Assembly (NCBI GenBank): GCA_900759015.1
Contig: CAAEUE010000002.1
Coordinates: forward strand, 47,332-111,331
Reading direction: 5' to 3'
DNA: 64,000 bases
Source of the DNA: Clostridia bacterium
GTDB lineage: Bacteria; Bacillota; Clostridia; TANB77; CAG-508
In this document: piece by piece, positions 48,889-58,853 of the stretch
Numbering within the stretch: position 1 is the stretch's first letter
Layout of the letters: each line of letters starts with the position of its first letter
The notes under the pieces: generated by a model
What the model was told of the DNA's origin: nothing
The model's input: only the letters and a program-made list of their open reading frames with translations
Databases searched by the model: none
Program-made: the position numbers and the translations under genes

Positions 48889-48915
48889 GGGATTTAGGGA
48901 CGTTCCTTTTTTCCC
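48889..48915 (+). repeat. GGGATTT/GGACGTTCC dispersed repeat, locus 7
   Basis: gggatttagggacgttccttttttccc fills the gap between the DJ-1 stop and the thioesterase RBS. Confidence 0.85.
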
Positions 48916-49469
48916 TATAATAAATTCCAAAGCATTCCATCACTTACTTCTTTAGAATTATGACCTAAAACATCTAATAGTTTATATGCAAATAGCATTG
49001 CTGTTGCAGGTCCTCTACTTGTTATAATATTTCCATCTACTTCTACTAAATTTTCGGTGTAATTTGCTTTCTTTAATAAATCCTCAAATCCTTTACCTGG
49101 ATATGATGTTATATTTTTTCCTGCTTCTATGTTTGCTTTAGATAAAACAATCGCTGGTGATGCACATATTGCACCAATATATTTGTTACTATCTTGACTA
49201 AATTCTTTTAAAGTTTCTATTAACAATTTATCTTCAGCTAGATTATATGCTCCTGGCAAACCACCTGGTAATACAATCATATCATAATCTTTAATAGATT
49301 CATCTATTACTTTATCTGCCAATATTTCTATATTGTGCGAACTTTTTATTTCTCTTCCATTAACACTTACAATATCACATTTGATATTTGCTCTTCTCAT
49401 AACATCTACTACGGTAAGAGCTTCAATCTCTTCAGTTCCATCAGCAATCATTACAGCTACTTTTTTCAT
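48915..49469 (-). CDS. DJ-1/PfpI family protein
   Basis: GAICASPAIVL nucleophile-elbow cysteine motif; 184 aa. Confidence 0.85.
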   Translation of the reverse strand: MKKVAVMIADGTEEIEALTVVDVMRRANIKCDIVSVNGREIKSSHNIEILADKVIDESIKDYDMIVLPGGLPGAYNLAEDKLLIETLKEFSQDSNKYIGAICASPAIVLSKANIEAGKNITSYPGKGFEDLLKKANYTENLVEVDGNIITSRGPATAMLFAYKLLDVLGHNSKEVSDGMLWNLL

Positions 49470-49495
49470 AATCTTCCCTTCCTTTCTCTTTATTA

Positions 49496-49939
49496 CTATA
49501 TCATATCTTTTAAAATTTTAACAATATTCTGTTTTGAACAATTACTATATAATTTTCCATTTATTTCTACATTTGGAGCAAAACCACACTTTTTAAAACA
49601 ATTTTTTGTGTCTAATGTAATTTTTCCATCTTTACTTGTATGGCCTTCTTTTACATTAAATTCTTTTTCAATTTCTTTTATTATATCTAATGAACCTTTC
49701 TTTAAACAGTTTGGTCCTTTACATACAATTACTATATTTTCGCCTTGTTTTTCTAGTTTAATATTTTTCTTATATTTTAAAAGCACCATTATCTCTTTTT
49801 CAGAAATATCTAGATACTTAGCAATTTCTATAATATCATTACTAGATACAAATCCATTCATCTCTTGAAGTTCATCTAGAATTGGATTTAGGCTTTCTTT
49901 AGTTTTTGTATACGCTTCAATAACTTCTTTATTTGTCAT
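49496..49939 (-). CDS. NuoE-like thioredoxin-fold [2Fe-2S] ferredoxin
   Basis: CKGPNC ... CFKKCGFAPNV cysteine pattern and a NuoE-like N-terminal helical domain. Confidence 0.7.
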   Translation of the reverse strand: MTNKEVIEAYTKTKESLNPILDELQEMNGFVSSNDIIEIAKYLDISEKEIMVLLKYKKNIKLEKQGENIVIVCKGPNCLKKGSLDIIKEIEKEFNVKEGHTSKDGKITLDTKNCFKKCGFAPNVEINGKLYSNCSKQNIVKILKDMI

Positions 49940-49980
49940 ATTCTTTACTTCCTTCCATATACATATAACAGAGGTGTATT

Positions 49981-50898
49981 ATGAAATTTCTTTTTAATTA
50001 CATTAAAGGTATCCTTATTGGCGCTGGCGCAATAATACCTGGTATAAGCAGTGGGGTATTATGTGTTATTTTTGGTATTTACGAAACTCTTTTAAATAGT
50101 ATATTAAACTTTTTTAAAGATTGGAAGAATAATATTAAATTTCTTACTCCTTTTATATTAGGTGGTCTTACTGGAATAATTATCTTTAGCAATATTATTC
50201 TCTTTTTATTCGAAAGATATCCAGAAATTACATCATTTACCTTTATTGGTCTTATCTTAGGCTGTATTCCTTCTATATTTAAAATTTGTAATTCAAAAGA
50301 AAAATTCAAATTACGATATATAATATTTTTTATAGTATCATTTATTATTGCTATTTTATTGCTTTTATTAGAAAATAAAATGTCTAGTAATGTTGGAATA
50401 TATTATGGTGATAACTATAGTTTTGAATTTTTAATACTAGCTGGCTTTTTAATGAGTATTGGCGTTGTGGTTCCTGGTGTTAGTAGTACTGTTATTTTAA
50501 TGCTACTTGGAGTTTATGAAACATATCTTTATGCAGTATCTATAATGAATATGAGAATATTACTTCCTATGGGAATTGGTTTGCTTATTGGTGGATTCTT
50601 ATGTATGAAATTAATACAATTTTTACTTAATAAATATCATTCACAAACATATTATTCTATATTAGGATTTGTTTTGGGCTCTGTGTTCATTCTTCTCCCT
50701 AACATAAGTTTTAATACAACAGGATTATTATCAATTATATTTTGCATTATCGGATTTTTAATCGGATTTTTTAGTCGGTGGCTAGTCGAGACTCTGGGAC
50801 CTTCCAGGATTTGGGACCTTCCGGGATTTTGGGGCCTTCCGGGATTTTGGGGCCTTCCGGGATTTGGGGACCTTCCGGGATTTGGGGACGGTGGTTAA
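49981..50898 (+). CDS. DUF368 family membrane protein (PopT-like polyprenyl-phosphate transporter family)
   Basis: Duplicated IPGISSGV / VPGVSSTV motifs and about 8 TM helices. The last 34 or so codons are read from the tandem repeat array. Confidence 0.8.
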   Translation: MKFLFNYIKGILIGAGAIIPGISSGVLCVIFGIYETLLNSILNFFKDWKNNIKFLTPFILGGLTGIIIFSNIILFLFERYPEITSFTFIGLILGCIPSIFKICNSKEKFKLRYIIFFIVSFIIAILLLLLENKMSSNVGIYYGDNYSFEFLILAGFLMSIGVVVPGVSSTVILMLLGVYETYLYAVSIMNMRILLPMGIGLLIGGFLCMKLIQFLLNKYHSQTYYSILGFVLGSVFILLPNISFNTTGLLSIIFCIIGFLIGFFSRWLVETLGPSRIWDLPGFWGLPGFWGLPGFGDLPGFGDGG

Positions 50899-50903
50899 AT
50901 CCC
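50796..50903 (+). repeat. Tandem array (5 units of 17-18 nt plus a terminal AAATCCC) of the dispersed repeat, locus 8
   Basis: gggaccttccaggattt gggaccttccgggatttt ggggccttccgggatttt ggggccttccgggattt ggggaccttccgggattt ggggacggtggttaaatccc. Confidence 0.95.
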
Positions 50904-51072
50904 GATTTATATTAATTTTACTTGCGACATATCTCACCATTTCTATAGTTACTTAATATTTATGAGATTACTTATATAAATATAGCCATAAAAAAGTCTT
51001 AATTTAAATTTCTAAAGCTATTATATCTTTTAGTAAATTTATTTTAAGACTTTTATTTCACAATATCTATAT

Positions 51073-52080
51073 TTAATCTCTTTCAGAATAATCTGGTTTA
51101 ACCGTTGTTTCTGGTAAAGATTTTACTTCTGCATTCATAAGTTTTAATACTCTTCTACCTAAAAACGGAATTTTACCAATTCTATGAACTACAAAATTTT
51201 TTAATCTTCCATTTGCTTCATGTAATTTATCATATTTTTGCTTTAATGCTTCGTTTTCTTCTTCTAATCTAGTAATTTCTCCTTGTCCCCTATTAATTAC
51301 ATCAGTTAAAATTTTCTTTTCTCCTTCATGTTGATCATGTAATTCTTTTGCAGTATTTGCTATTATTTCTTCTACTTCTTCTTCTGAATATTTTCCAGAA
51401 CTCTTATTTCTGACTGTAGCCTCTGCAACTTCTCTTTCGAATGCCATTGAATCCATTAATTCTTTTATAAACTGATTCGGTTTGTCTTCTTTTCTAAATT
51501 CTGCTAATAAATCTTTATATAAATCTGGTTTCTTTCCATGTAAAGTTATAGAAATACTATCTTCATATGTAGTTATATCAACATCTGTTTCCGCTTTAGA
51601 AGAAACTTCTTCCATTCTAGAAATATTATTTATATCACTTTTTGAAAACGTTAAATATAAATATGCATTGTCTTTTTCTCCTGCACAAGCATTTGTCTTT
51701 ATATTTTGTGACCATAATTTTTTTAAAAGTTCTTCTAAGTCCGGTTCTCCTTCTGCAAAAGTATGAGCAAGTTTAGCTTGTTCTTCCGGCTCCAAACTTA
51801 ATATATATTCTGGTTTAATATTATAAAATTTTCCTAAATTTCCTGTTATTCTTTTATTTAACAAACCTTCTAGAACATCAAAACTTTCTTGTTCTTCTAA
51901 CAAATCATGAACTTTATTTGTTCGTATTAAAACATCTTGCAATTTACTTATTGTTTGTTCATCGAAAACCTCTTCTAATTCTTTTCCACCTATTAATTCT
52001 TTTAATTCGCTTTGATCTTCTTTTCCTTCTTGTATTTTTTTAACTTCAGCTAATATTTTTTCTTTATCCAGACTAAACAT
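51073..52080 (-). CDS. Hypothetical 335-aa acidic protein with a coiled-coil C-terminus
   Basis: AAGGTGA RBS. No recognisable motif. Confidence 0.65.
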   Translation of the reverse strand: MFSLDKEKILAEVKKIQEGKEDQSELKELIGGKELEEVFDEQTISKLQDVLIRTNKVHDLLEEQESFDVLEGLLNKRITGNLGKFYNIKPEYILSLEPEEQAKLAHTFAEGEPDLEELLKKLWSQNIKTNACAGEKDNAYLYLTFSKSDINNISRMEEVSSKAETDVDITTYEDSISITLHGKKPDLYKDLLAEFRKEDKPNQFIKELMDSMAFEREVAEATVRNKSSGKYSEEEVEEIIANTAKELHDQHEGEKKILTDVINRGQGEITRLEEENEALKQKYDKLHEANGRLKNFVVHRIGKIPFLGRRVLKLMNAEVKSLPETTVKPDYSERD

Positions 52081-52113
52081 ATTATCACCTTATCTTTAGT
52101 TTTTTCTTCTATA

Positions 52114-52132
52114 GGGATTTAAGGAACGTCCC
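52114..52132 (-). repeat. GGGATTT/GGACGTTCC dispersed repeat, locus 9 (single unit)
   Basis: gggatttaaggaacgtccc, directly continuous with the octamer array. Confidence 0.8.
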
Positions 52133-52200
52133 TATTTCCCTATTTCCCTATTTCCCTATTTTCCTATTTCCCTATTTTTCTATTTCTAAATTCCTATTTT
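52130..52200. repeat. 8-nt microsatellite (CCCTATTT)n, about 7 good copies then decay
   Basis: ccctattt x4, tcctattt, ccctattt, ttctattt, then degenerate. It spans the U32 stop codon region. Confidence 0.9.
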
Positions 52201-53423
52201 TTTCTTCTTATAATCCAACCTTCTTTTACCTCTATTGGTAATTGCATTTTTACTTTTTGATCTTTTACTCCTGGATTTATTGTTTCTATTTCTTCATCTG
52301 TTTCATAATCCCATAGTTTGTCTATAGTAAATTTTACTACTTCTATTTTTCCTGGAATTATAATTTCCATTTCATCACCAACAGATAATTTATTCTTTAT
52401 TTCTATAGATGTTTTTCCATTAACTGTTTCTACTACTTTTCCACCAAATTCATAATTTGGATTATATTGTTTTCCTTCATATTCTTGGAAATCTTTATTA
52501 TTTCTATCATTAAAATAGAAAGTTGTTAACCCTCTTGTTTTAGTTTTTTCAAGTTCTTGCATGTACTTATTTGCATTATAATTTTTAGGATCTTTAACAT
52601 AGTCATCTATTGCAGTTCTATATGTATTTACTATTGTTGCTAAATAATATTCTGTTTTTAATCTTCCTTCTATTTTTAAACTATCAAGTCCCATATCTAC
52701 AATTTCTGGTATTTCGTGTATTAAGCATAAGTCTTTAGATGAAAAGATATATGTTCCTTTTTCGTCTGTTTCTACAGGCATTAAATTTCCTGGATTATTT
52801 GCCTCTTCTACATATAAATTATATGCCCATCTACAACTTTGTGCACAATCCCCTAAGTTTGCACTTCTACAAGCCAAGAAATCACTTAAGAAACATCTTC
52901 CTGAATATCCAAAACATATTGCACCATGTGCAAACATTTCTACTTCTAAATCTTCTGGTTTGTTTTGCATCATATATCTAATTTGTTCTTTGTTTAATTC
53001 TCTTGCTAAGATTACTCTTTTAGCTCCATTTTTATACCAAAACTTAGCTGACTCTAAGCTTACTACATTTGCTTGTGTACTTATATGTATATCTACATTT
53101 GGTGCATATTCTTTTACAGTTTCTACAACCCCACCATCTGCAACGATTATTCCATCTGCTTTCATATCTTGTAACATTTTGGCTTGCTTTCTTATCTCTT
53201 CATAGTTAGTATCCCAAGCAAATATGTTAAGTGCAACATGTACTCTTTTTCCTATACTATGTGCATATTCAATTGTTTTTGCTAATGCTTCATCATTCAT
53301 TTCTGCTCTTGTTCTTAAAGATAGTGATGATGTACCACAATATACAGCATCTGCCCCATATCTGAATGCTGTTTTTGCCTTTTCGTATGACCCAGCTGGT
53401 GCTAATAATTCTGGCTTTTTCAT
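52194..53423 (-). CDS. Peptidase U32 family protein (YrrN/YrrO, TrhP-like)
   Basis: KPELLAPAGS N-terminus, the EMFAHGA..C and CRWAY region, 409 aa. Confidence 0.85.
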   Translation of the reverse strand: MKKPELLAPAGSYEKAKTAFRYGADAVYCGTSSLSLRTRAEMNDEALAKTIEYAHSIGKRVHVALNIFAWDTNYEEIRKQAKMLQDMKADGIIVADGGVVETVKEYAPNVDIHISTQANVVSLESAKFWYKNGAKRVILARELNKEQIRYMMQNKPEDLEVEMFAHGAICFGYSGRCFLSDFLACRSANLGDCAQSCRWAYNLYVEEANNPGNLMPVETDEKGTYIFSSKDLCLIHEIPEIVDMGLDSLKIEGRLKTEYYLATIVNTYRTAIDDYVKDPKNYNANKYMQELEKTKTRGLTTFYFNDRNNKDFQEYEGKQYNPNYEFGGKVVETVNGKTSIEIKNKLSVGDEMEIIIPGKIEVVKFTIDKLWDYETDEEIETINPGVKDQKVKMQLPIEVKEGWIIRRKK

Positions 53424-53438
53424 TATATATTCCTCCTA

Positions 53439-54128
53439 TTATTTTTTCTTCATCTTATTTAAAATTTCTTTTTCTTCTTTACTTACTCTATATGATTCTC
53501 TTGCTTTTTGTAAAGCTTTATTGTATGTAAATTTATTTAAATTACAATTTTTTAAATATTCCATAGTTTGTTTTGGAAATTTAATATACATTTCTGCCAC
53601 AAGCCATGCTATTCCCATTTCTACATAATACTTTTCATTTTTTATATTGTCTATAACTTTAAAAATTTTGTCAACATATTCTTCTTTTACATAATGGTCC
53701 AATAACATAACTACTGCAAATCTTAGCTCATATTCTTTGTTAGATTTAAAATATTTACTTATAATTTTCCAAAAAAATTCTGGATCTTTGTCTGCATCTT
53801 TTAAATCTACACAAAAACTATCACAGACTGCCCATGAATTTATTTTTGGTACAAAATTAATTATATATTCTTTCTTTTTCTCTAAATCAATTTTTAAATT
53901 TGCAATTACCAAGGCTTGTAACATTAATTCTTCAAAATATTTTTCTTGTGGATTTTTTAAATACTCTTCTGGATTATCTTTAACTATTTCTTTTGCTAAT
54001 TTTCTTATTTTTGGAATTCTAACTCCAAGTATTTCTATATCCACTCCTGGACACAAATTAGCACTAAATTCTTTATATTTAGCATCACTTAATTCTATTA
54101 ATTTGTTTCGTATCTCTTCATTATCCAT
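53439..54128 (-). CDS. DNA alkylation repair protein (AlkD-like HEAT repeat family)
   Basis: KYKEFSANLCPG..LGVRIPKIRKLAKEI N-terminal pattern; 229 aa. Confidence 0.7.
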   Translation of the reverse strand: MDNEEIRNKLIELSDAKYKEFSANLCPGVDIEILGVRIPKIRKLAKEIVKDNPEEYLKNPQEKYFEELMLQALVIANLKIDLEKKKEYIINFVPKINSWAVCDSFCVDLKDADKDPEFFWKIISKYFKSNKEYELRFAVVMLLDHYVKEEYVDKIFKVIDNIKNEKYYVEMGIAWLVAEMYIKFPKQTMEYLKNCNLNKFTYNKALQKARESYRVSKEEKEILNKMKKK

Positions 54129-54131
54129 TTT

Positions 54132-55232
54132 TTACTCCAATTCGAAAAAGTCTTTTAATATGCCTTTATTAACATTATTAGAAAATACTTCTCTTATAAT
54201 TAAGAATATTATTGGACCTAATAGTAATCCAATTACACCAAATAATTTAAATCCTGTATACATTCCAAGTAATGTAAATATTGGATGCATTCCCATCTGT
54301 TTACTTACAAATTTTGGTTCTAGGAATTGTTTTATGACAGACCATGCAAGCCATAAAGCAAATACTGCAATTCCTGCTACTGCATTTCCTTGAATTAATA
54401 ATACTACAGTCCAAGGCACCATTATAAAACCTGCACCAAATAGTGGTAATAAATCTACAAATCCTATTAATATTGCCATAATAGCAACATACTCTAGATT
54501 TATTCCACATAAATTAAATATAAATAATCCTATTGAAACTAACACGAAACATAATAGTGATAATCTTGCTTCTGCTTTTATGTAATTCCAAATTATTTTT
54601 AATGATTTTACTACTATTTCATTTGCTTTTTTAAGCCATTTCTTTGGTATTTGTTGTTTTATTAAATTTTTAACATAATCCCTGTCAAAACACATAAATA
54701 TTATTGCAAGGATTGTTATAATTGTATATGTAATTGCTCCTGGAACTTGTCCTGCAAAATTAATTACTCCTGTTGCAAAACTATAAACTATATTTTTTAC
54801 TACATCTATAATACTACTTAATGAATCTTGTACTGTAGAAATCCAATCTTGTGGTATAACAAAATCTCCATTTGCCAAATTATTTATAATGCCTAATCCC
54901 CAATTATATACACCATCCATTGATGAATTTAAATTACTTAATAAAACTTTTGCTTCTGATATAATTGCAGAAATTAAAACAGCTAGTAAAGAGCCTATTA
55001 TTACTACAACAAGTATTAATGAAATCGTTGCTGATATCTTTCTTTTTAATTTACATTTATTCATAAAAAATTTTATTAATGGTTCTATCATTGTAGCAAT
55101 TAAAAATGCGATTATAAAAGGTACATAAAACATTGCAAGTTTATATGCAAGAAATAATAGTACCAAAGTAAATATTAATACGACCGTTTTAAACAATATC
55201 CTAGAATAATATTTTTTCTTTTCTTCATTCAT
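54132..55232 (-). CDS. ytvI: AI-2E family transporter / sporulation integral membrane protein YtvI-like
   Basis: 366 aa, about 8 TM helices, C-terminal LPLFGAG..PW and GMHP motifs of the AI-2E/PerM family. Confidence 0.7.
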   Translation of the reverse strand: MNEEKKKYYSRILFKTVVLIFTLVLLFLAYKLAMFYVPFIIAFLIATMIEPLIKFFMNKCKLKRKISATISLILVVVIIGSLLAVLISAIISEAKVLLSNLNSSMDGVYNWGLGIINNLANGDFVIPQDWISTVQDSLSSIIDVVKNIVYSFATGVINFAGQVPGAITYTIITILAIIFMCFDRDYVKNLIKQQIPKKWLKKANEIVVKSLKIIWNYIKAEARLSLLCFVLVSIGLFIFNLCGINLEYVAIMAILIGFVDLLPLFGAGFIMVPWTVVLLIQGNAVAGIAVFALWLAWSVIKQFLEPKFVSKQMGMHPIFTLLGMYTGFKLFGVIGLLLGPIIFLIIREVFSNNVNKGILKDFFELE

Positions 55233-55233
55233 A

Positions 55234-55644
55234 TTATTTATTTCCTTCCTCTAAAGCTCTATTTAATATATATTTTAATCTCTCGTCTTGCTTTGTTAAG
55301 TATAAATACCCAATTAGTCCTTCAAATGCTGTTGCATAAGCATATTCTGCTGGTGTAGCATTTTTTGCTATATGATGGTTTTGCGTATTTCTTGCTCTTC
55401 GAACTATATTTTTTTCATCCTCTGTTAGTTCCTCTTCTATTGCTTTTAAAATTTTAGCCTGTCCTGCTGCTTTTACAAATTTGATTGCACTAACATGTAA
55501 TTTATGTACTTTTTCATTCGAATTATTTACTAAATTTGTTCTAATAAATAATTCATAAACACTATCACCTATATATGCCCAAACTAATGGATTTAAAAAA
55601 TTAACTTCTTCTGGAGTTCTTTTAGGCTCTGCTATATTTTCCAT
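55234..55644 (-). CDS. mrnC: Mini-ribonuclease 3
   Basis: LVWAYIGDSVYELFIR catalytic motif; 136 aa. Confidence 0.9.
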   Translation of the reverse strand: MENIAEPKRTPEEVNFLNPLVWAYIGDSVYELFIRTNLVNNSNEKVHKLHVSAIKFVKAAGQAKILKAIEEELTEDEKNIVRRARNTQNHHIAKNATPAEYAYATAFEGLIGYLYLTKQDERLKYILNRALEEGNK

Positions 55645-55660
55645 TGTCTCCCTACCTTTC

Positions 55661-56560
55661 TTATTTTGCTTGAACCTTTTCTAGTGTTATTCTTCCTAAT
55701 TTACCACTTCTAAAATCTTCTAATATTATATTTGCAGTTTTAACATCATCTACATTTCCACCAGAAACAACTGCTCCACGTAATTTTCCTATTTGTAACA
55801 TTATATCATATATTATTTCATTTTCTGGTCTTGTTTGATTTTCTAACGAATTTAATAGCTCTTGTTTGCTTAAATTATATCTTGCTACTAATTTATCTAT
55901 TTCGTTTTCTAACATATATTTTAGAAAATAGAATGCAACATCTGTTTTTTCTAATACATCATCTTTTATTGTTCCTGTATATGCTAAATTAAGTGCTACC
56001 TCATCACTTTCAAATTTTGGCCATAAAACTCCTGGCGTATCTAAAAGTTCTATGCTATTACTAATTTTTATCCATTGTTTTTTTCTTGTAACTCCTGGTT
56101 TATTACCTACCTCTAAAGAATTTTTATTAGCTAATCTATTTATAAAAGATGATTTTCCTACATTTGGTATTCCTAGTATCATTATTCTAATTTTTCTACC
56201 AGTTCTTCCTTTTTCTTCTCTTTTATCTAATTCGTCTTTCATAATTAGCTCTGCTTGTTTTATAACTTCTTTTATTCCTTTTCCACTATTCGCATCTGTT
56301 ATTACTGCTGGAATTTTTTGTGCTTTAAAATACTCTACCCATTTTATTGTTTCTTTTTCATCAGCTAAATCGCTTTTGTTTAACACAATTATTTTCTTTT
56401 TTCCTTTTACTATTGTATTTATATCTGGATTTCTACTAGATATTGGTATTCTGCTATCTAATAGCTCTACTACTACATCTATTAGTTTTAAGTCTTCTTG
56501 TATTTGTCTTTTTGTTTTTGCCATGTGGCCTGGATACCAGTTAATGTTCAAATTTATCAC
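55661..56560 (-). CDS. rbgA: Ribosome biogenesis GTPase A (YlqF/RbgA)
   Basis: WYPGHMAKT, circularly permuted G-motifs NKSDL ... GIPNVGKSS ... DTPG. Confidence 0.93.
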   Translation of the reverse strand: MINLNINWYPGHMAKTKRQIQEDLKLIDVVVELLDSRIPISSRNPDINTIVKGKKKIIVLNKSDLADEKETIKWVEYFKAQKIPAVITDANSGKGIKEVIKQAELIMKDELDKREEKGRTGRKIRIMILGIPNVGKSSFINRLANKNSLEVGNKPGVTRKKQWIKISNSIELLDTPGVLWPKFESDEVALNLAYTGTIKDDVLEKTDVAFYFLKYMLENEIDKLVARYNLSKQELLNSLENQTRPENEIIYDIMLQIGKLRGAVVSGGNVDDVKTANIILEDFRSGKLGRITLEKVQAK

Positions 56561-57209
56561 TTCCTTTATTTAGTATTGTATAATTAAAATCTTCATCATT
56601 TTCTACAATTAAATCAAATTCATTTATATGACTTAATACATTTACTCTAAATTGACTACTTCTTTCTTCATCATATAATTCTATTGGGTCTCTATTTAAT
56701 TTCTCTGTTCTAGATTTTCTTCTTTTTATTTCATTTTCTTTATCGCATTTTAAAAATATTGTTAAAGATTTATTTTGTTCCTTTTCTAAAAACACTGTAC
56801 CTACGCCTTCTATAATTGTTAAAAAGTAATTTGCTTTTAATTGTCTTATATTATTCTTTTCTTTGTATCTTTTAGGAAAATAGAAACAATCTACACCATG
56901 GTCAATATTGTATATAATTTCATAAACATTTTTTAAAAAATATGACTCATAATTAGATGATGTGTATCTTCCTGTATATTTGGTTTCATTTTCAATCCAA
57001 TTACTTACCGCATTTACTCTCATTTTTGTATTTGCTAGAAAATCATCTGTTGAAATTAAATTCACATTACCATATTTTAATGCTTCCTCTTGGATTTTTT
57101 TGCTAAGTGTAGTTTTACCACTTGCTCCATTCCCACATATGTATATCTTATTTAAGTCATTATTTTTGCAAATATTTACTATCTTTTTTACAAATTGCTC
57201 TATCTGCAT
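56541..57209 (-). CDS. P-loop kinase-like protein (uridine kinase/PRK family-like)
   Basis: CGNGASGKTT Walker A and ISTDDF. Overlaps rbgA by 20 nt. Confidence 0.55.
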   Translation of the reverse strand: MQIEQFVKKIVNICKNNDLNKIYICGNGASGKTTLSKKIQEEALKYGNVNLISTDDFLANTKMRVNAVSNWIENETKYTGRYTSSNYESYFLKNVYEIIYNIDHGVDCFYFPKRYKEKNNIRQLKANYFLTIIEGVGTVFLEKEQNKSLTIFLKCDKENEIKRRKSRTEKLNRDPIELYDEERSSQFRVNVLSHINEFDLIVENDEDFNYTILNKGSDKFEH

Positions 57210-57366
57210 AAGATATTAATTCTCCTTATTTTCTTTTATATTAATTATGTTTTACATCTATCTTATTACCAAATATCCTTTAAATGTTTGGTCATTCTTT
57301 TGCGACAATATTATATGCTATTTTACATAAAAAAGCAAGCTATCTATCGAATAGCCTGCTTTAACA

Positions 57367-58065
57367 CTAAATAATATTTTCGATATTATTTTCTTCTATA
57401 TATTGATCTATTATACCTTGCATTTCTTCCATATTCTCTCCACAAAAATATATTTTTTCAATCTTACCATAATTATAGTCATATACAGAAGAATATACAT
57501 ACTTATCTTTCATTTTTTCTTTTAAATCACTATATACCTTTTCTGCTCTTTCTTTACTTAGATTATCTACTTGTAATTCCACTACATTTAAGTCACCATA
57601 TTCTTCTACGACTTCTCCATCAATCTCTAAATAACTACCACTTGGAAATTTGTAAGAGCTTAATATATTTTTTAATTTTTCTATCTCTGATTTTTCTACT
57701 TCAATTTCTATATCTGCTGCATATGGAATTCCATTATCATCTAAAGGCATTCCATCTCCACTTATTTCTCCTATATCATTCTCTTCCATATCGTTTTGCA
57801 ATGGATTTTCAAAATATTGTTCCAAATCTGTTAAATTTAATGGCATATTTATTCTTAAATTTGCATATCCATAGGACCTAACTTCATCAATATATCTCAC
57901 GCCACCAAAGTTTCCTTCATCTATACCTTCACCTAATTCTTCTATAATATTCATATTGCTTTTTATTGAATCAAATTGAATATGATAATATAAATTTTCC
58001 AATATTACTACTATGCAAAATAAAAATATTATTAAGATTTTTTCTATTATTTTTTTCTTTTTCAT
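57367..58065 (-). CDS. Hypothetical acidic protein anchored by an N-terminal TM helix
   Basis: N-terminal KKKK plus a hydrophobic helix. Terminator hairpin downstream at about 57330..57362. Confidence 0.6.
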   Translation of the reverse strand: MKKKKIIEKILIIFLFCIVVILENLYYHIQFDSIKSNMNIIEELGEGIDEGNFGGVRYIDEVRSYGYANLRINMPLNLTDLEQYFENPLQNDMEENDIGEISGDGMPLDDNGIPYAADIEIEVEKSEIEKLKNILSSYKFPSGSYLEIDGEVVEEYGDLNVVELQVDNLSKERAEKVYSDLKEKMKDKYVYSSVYDYNYGKIEKIYFCGENMEEMQGIIDQYIEENNIENII

Positions 58066-58154
58066 AAATTTCCCCTTTTACTATTATAATTAAGGCAGAC
58101 TATTTTTTATTAGTCTGCCTTTAAAATTAGTTTTTATAAATAGTCAAATTTATA

Positions 58155-58634
58155 TTATAAAGTTCTATAATTGTTTTTATCTGCTCTATCATCTAATTTT
58201 CTATCATATTGCTCATTTTTATAAAACCAGTCTGTTTTCTTATCTGTTGGGTGTGCTTTTCTATTTTTATCTACTAATATATTTAAGAATGCAAATAATG
58301 CAACTGCTATACCTATTGTAGATGCAATTATTGTATCATAAGTATAAATATCTGCTACTCCATCTGACGTTGCAACAGTCATAACTGCATTAAATAATTG
58401 TGGTCCAAAATATCCTGCATACACTAATAAATAAATTATTCCAGCTATTAAATTTCTTTTATAAACAAATACAAGTAATATTAAAACTACGAATAGTAAA
58501 ACTACTTCTGTTGTAAAATCTTGTACTGGAAATCCTAAATCCTTTCCTGTTGCAGTTGTATACGCAAGTACTACTCTAAATACCCAAAATAGCCCTGCAA
58601 AAAGCAATGATAGAATTGAACTTAATTGTTTCAT
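58155..58634 (-). CDS. Membrane protein (4 TM)
   Basis: Hydrophobicity pattern; GGGGGA-type RBS. Confidence 0.6.
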   Translation of the reverse strand: MKQLSSILSLLFAGLFWVFRVVLAYTTATGKDLGFPVQDFTTEVVLLFVVLILLVFVYKRNLIAGIIYLLVYAGYFGPQLFNAVMTVATSDGVADIYTYDTIIASTIGIAVALFAFLNILVDKNRKAHPTDKKTDWFYKNEQYDRKLDDRADKNNYRTL

Positions 58635-58655
58635 TTGTAAATTCCCCCTCGTTTC

Positions 58656-58853
58656 TTATGTTAAATTAAAAAATATTATTAACATTCCTACACAAAATAA
58701 GACCATTCCAATAGTTTTTACTGCTAAAGTTCCACTGTTTTGGTCTCCAAAACTAAATCTCTCTCTTACAATTTTTCGAGCATTATATATTAAAACAACA
58801 GCTGCTAATGATATTAATGCTCCTACAATTGATAATATAATTTTTACATCCAT
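58656..58853 (-). CDS. Small membrane protein (2 TM, 65 aa)
   Basis: Two hydrophobic helices, directly upstream of the 58155..58634 gene. Confidence 0.5.
   Translation of the reverse strand: MDVKIILSIVGALISLAAVVLIYNARKIVRERFSFGDQNSGTLAVKTIGMVLFCVGMLIIFFNLT

Noticed and set aside
50796-50903. Possible CRISPR array, given the regularly spaced GGGATTT repeats.
   Set aside because: The period is only 17-18 nt with no unique spacers, no leader and no cas genes. It is a head-to-tail expansion of the dispersed repeat inside an ORF.
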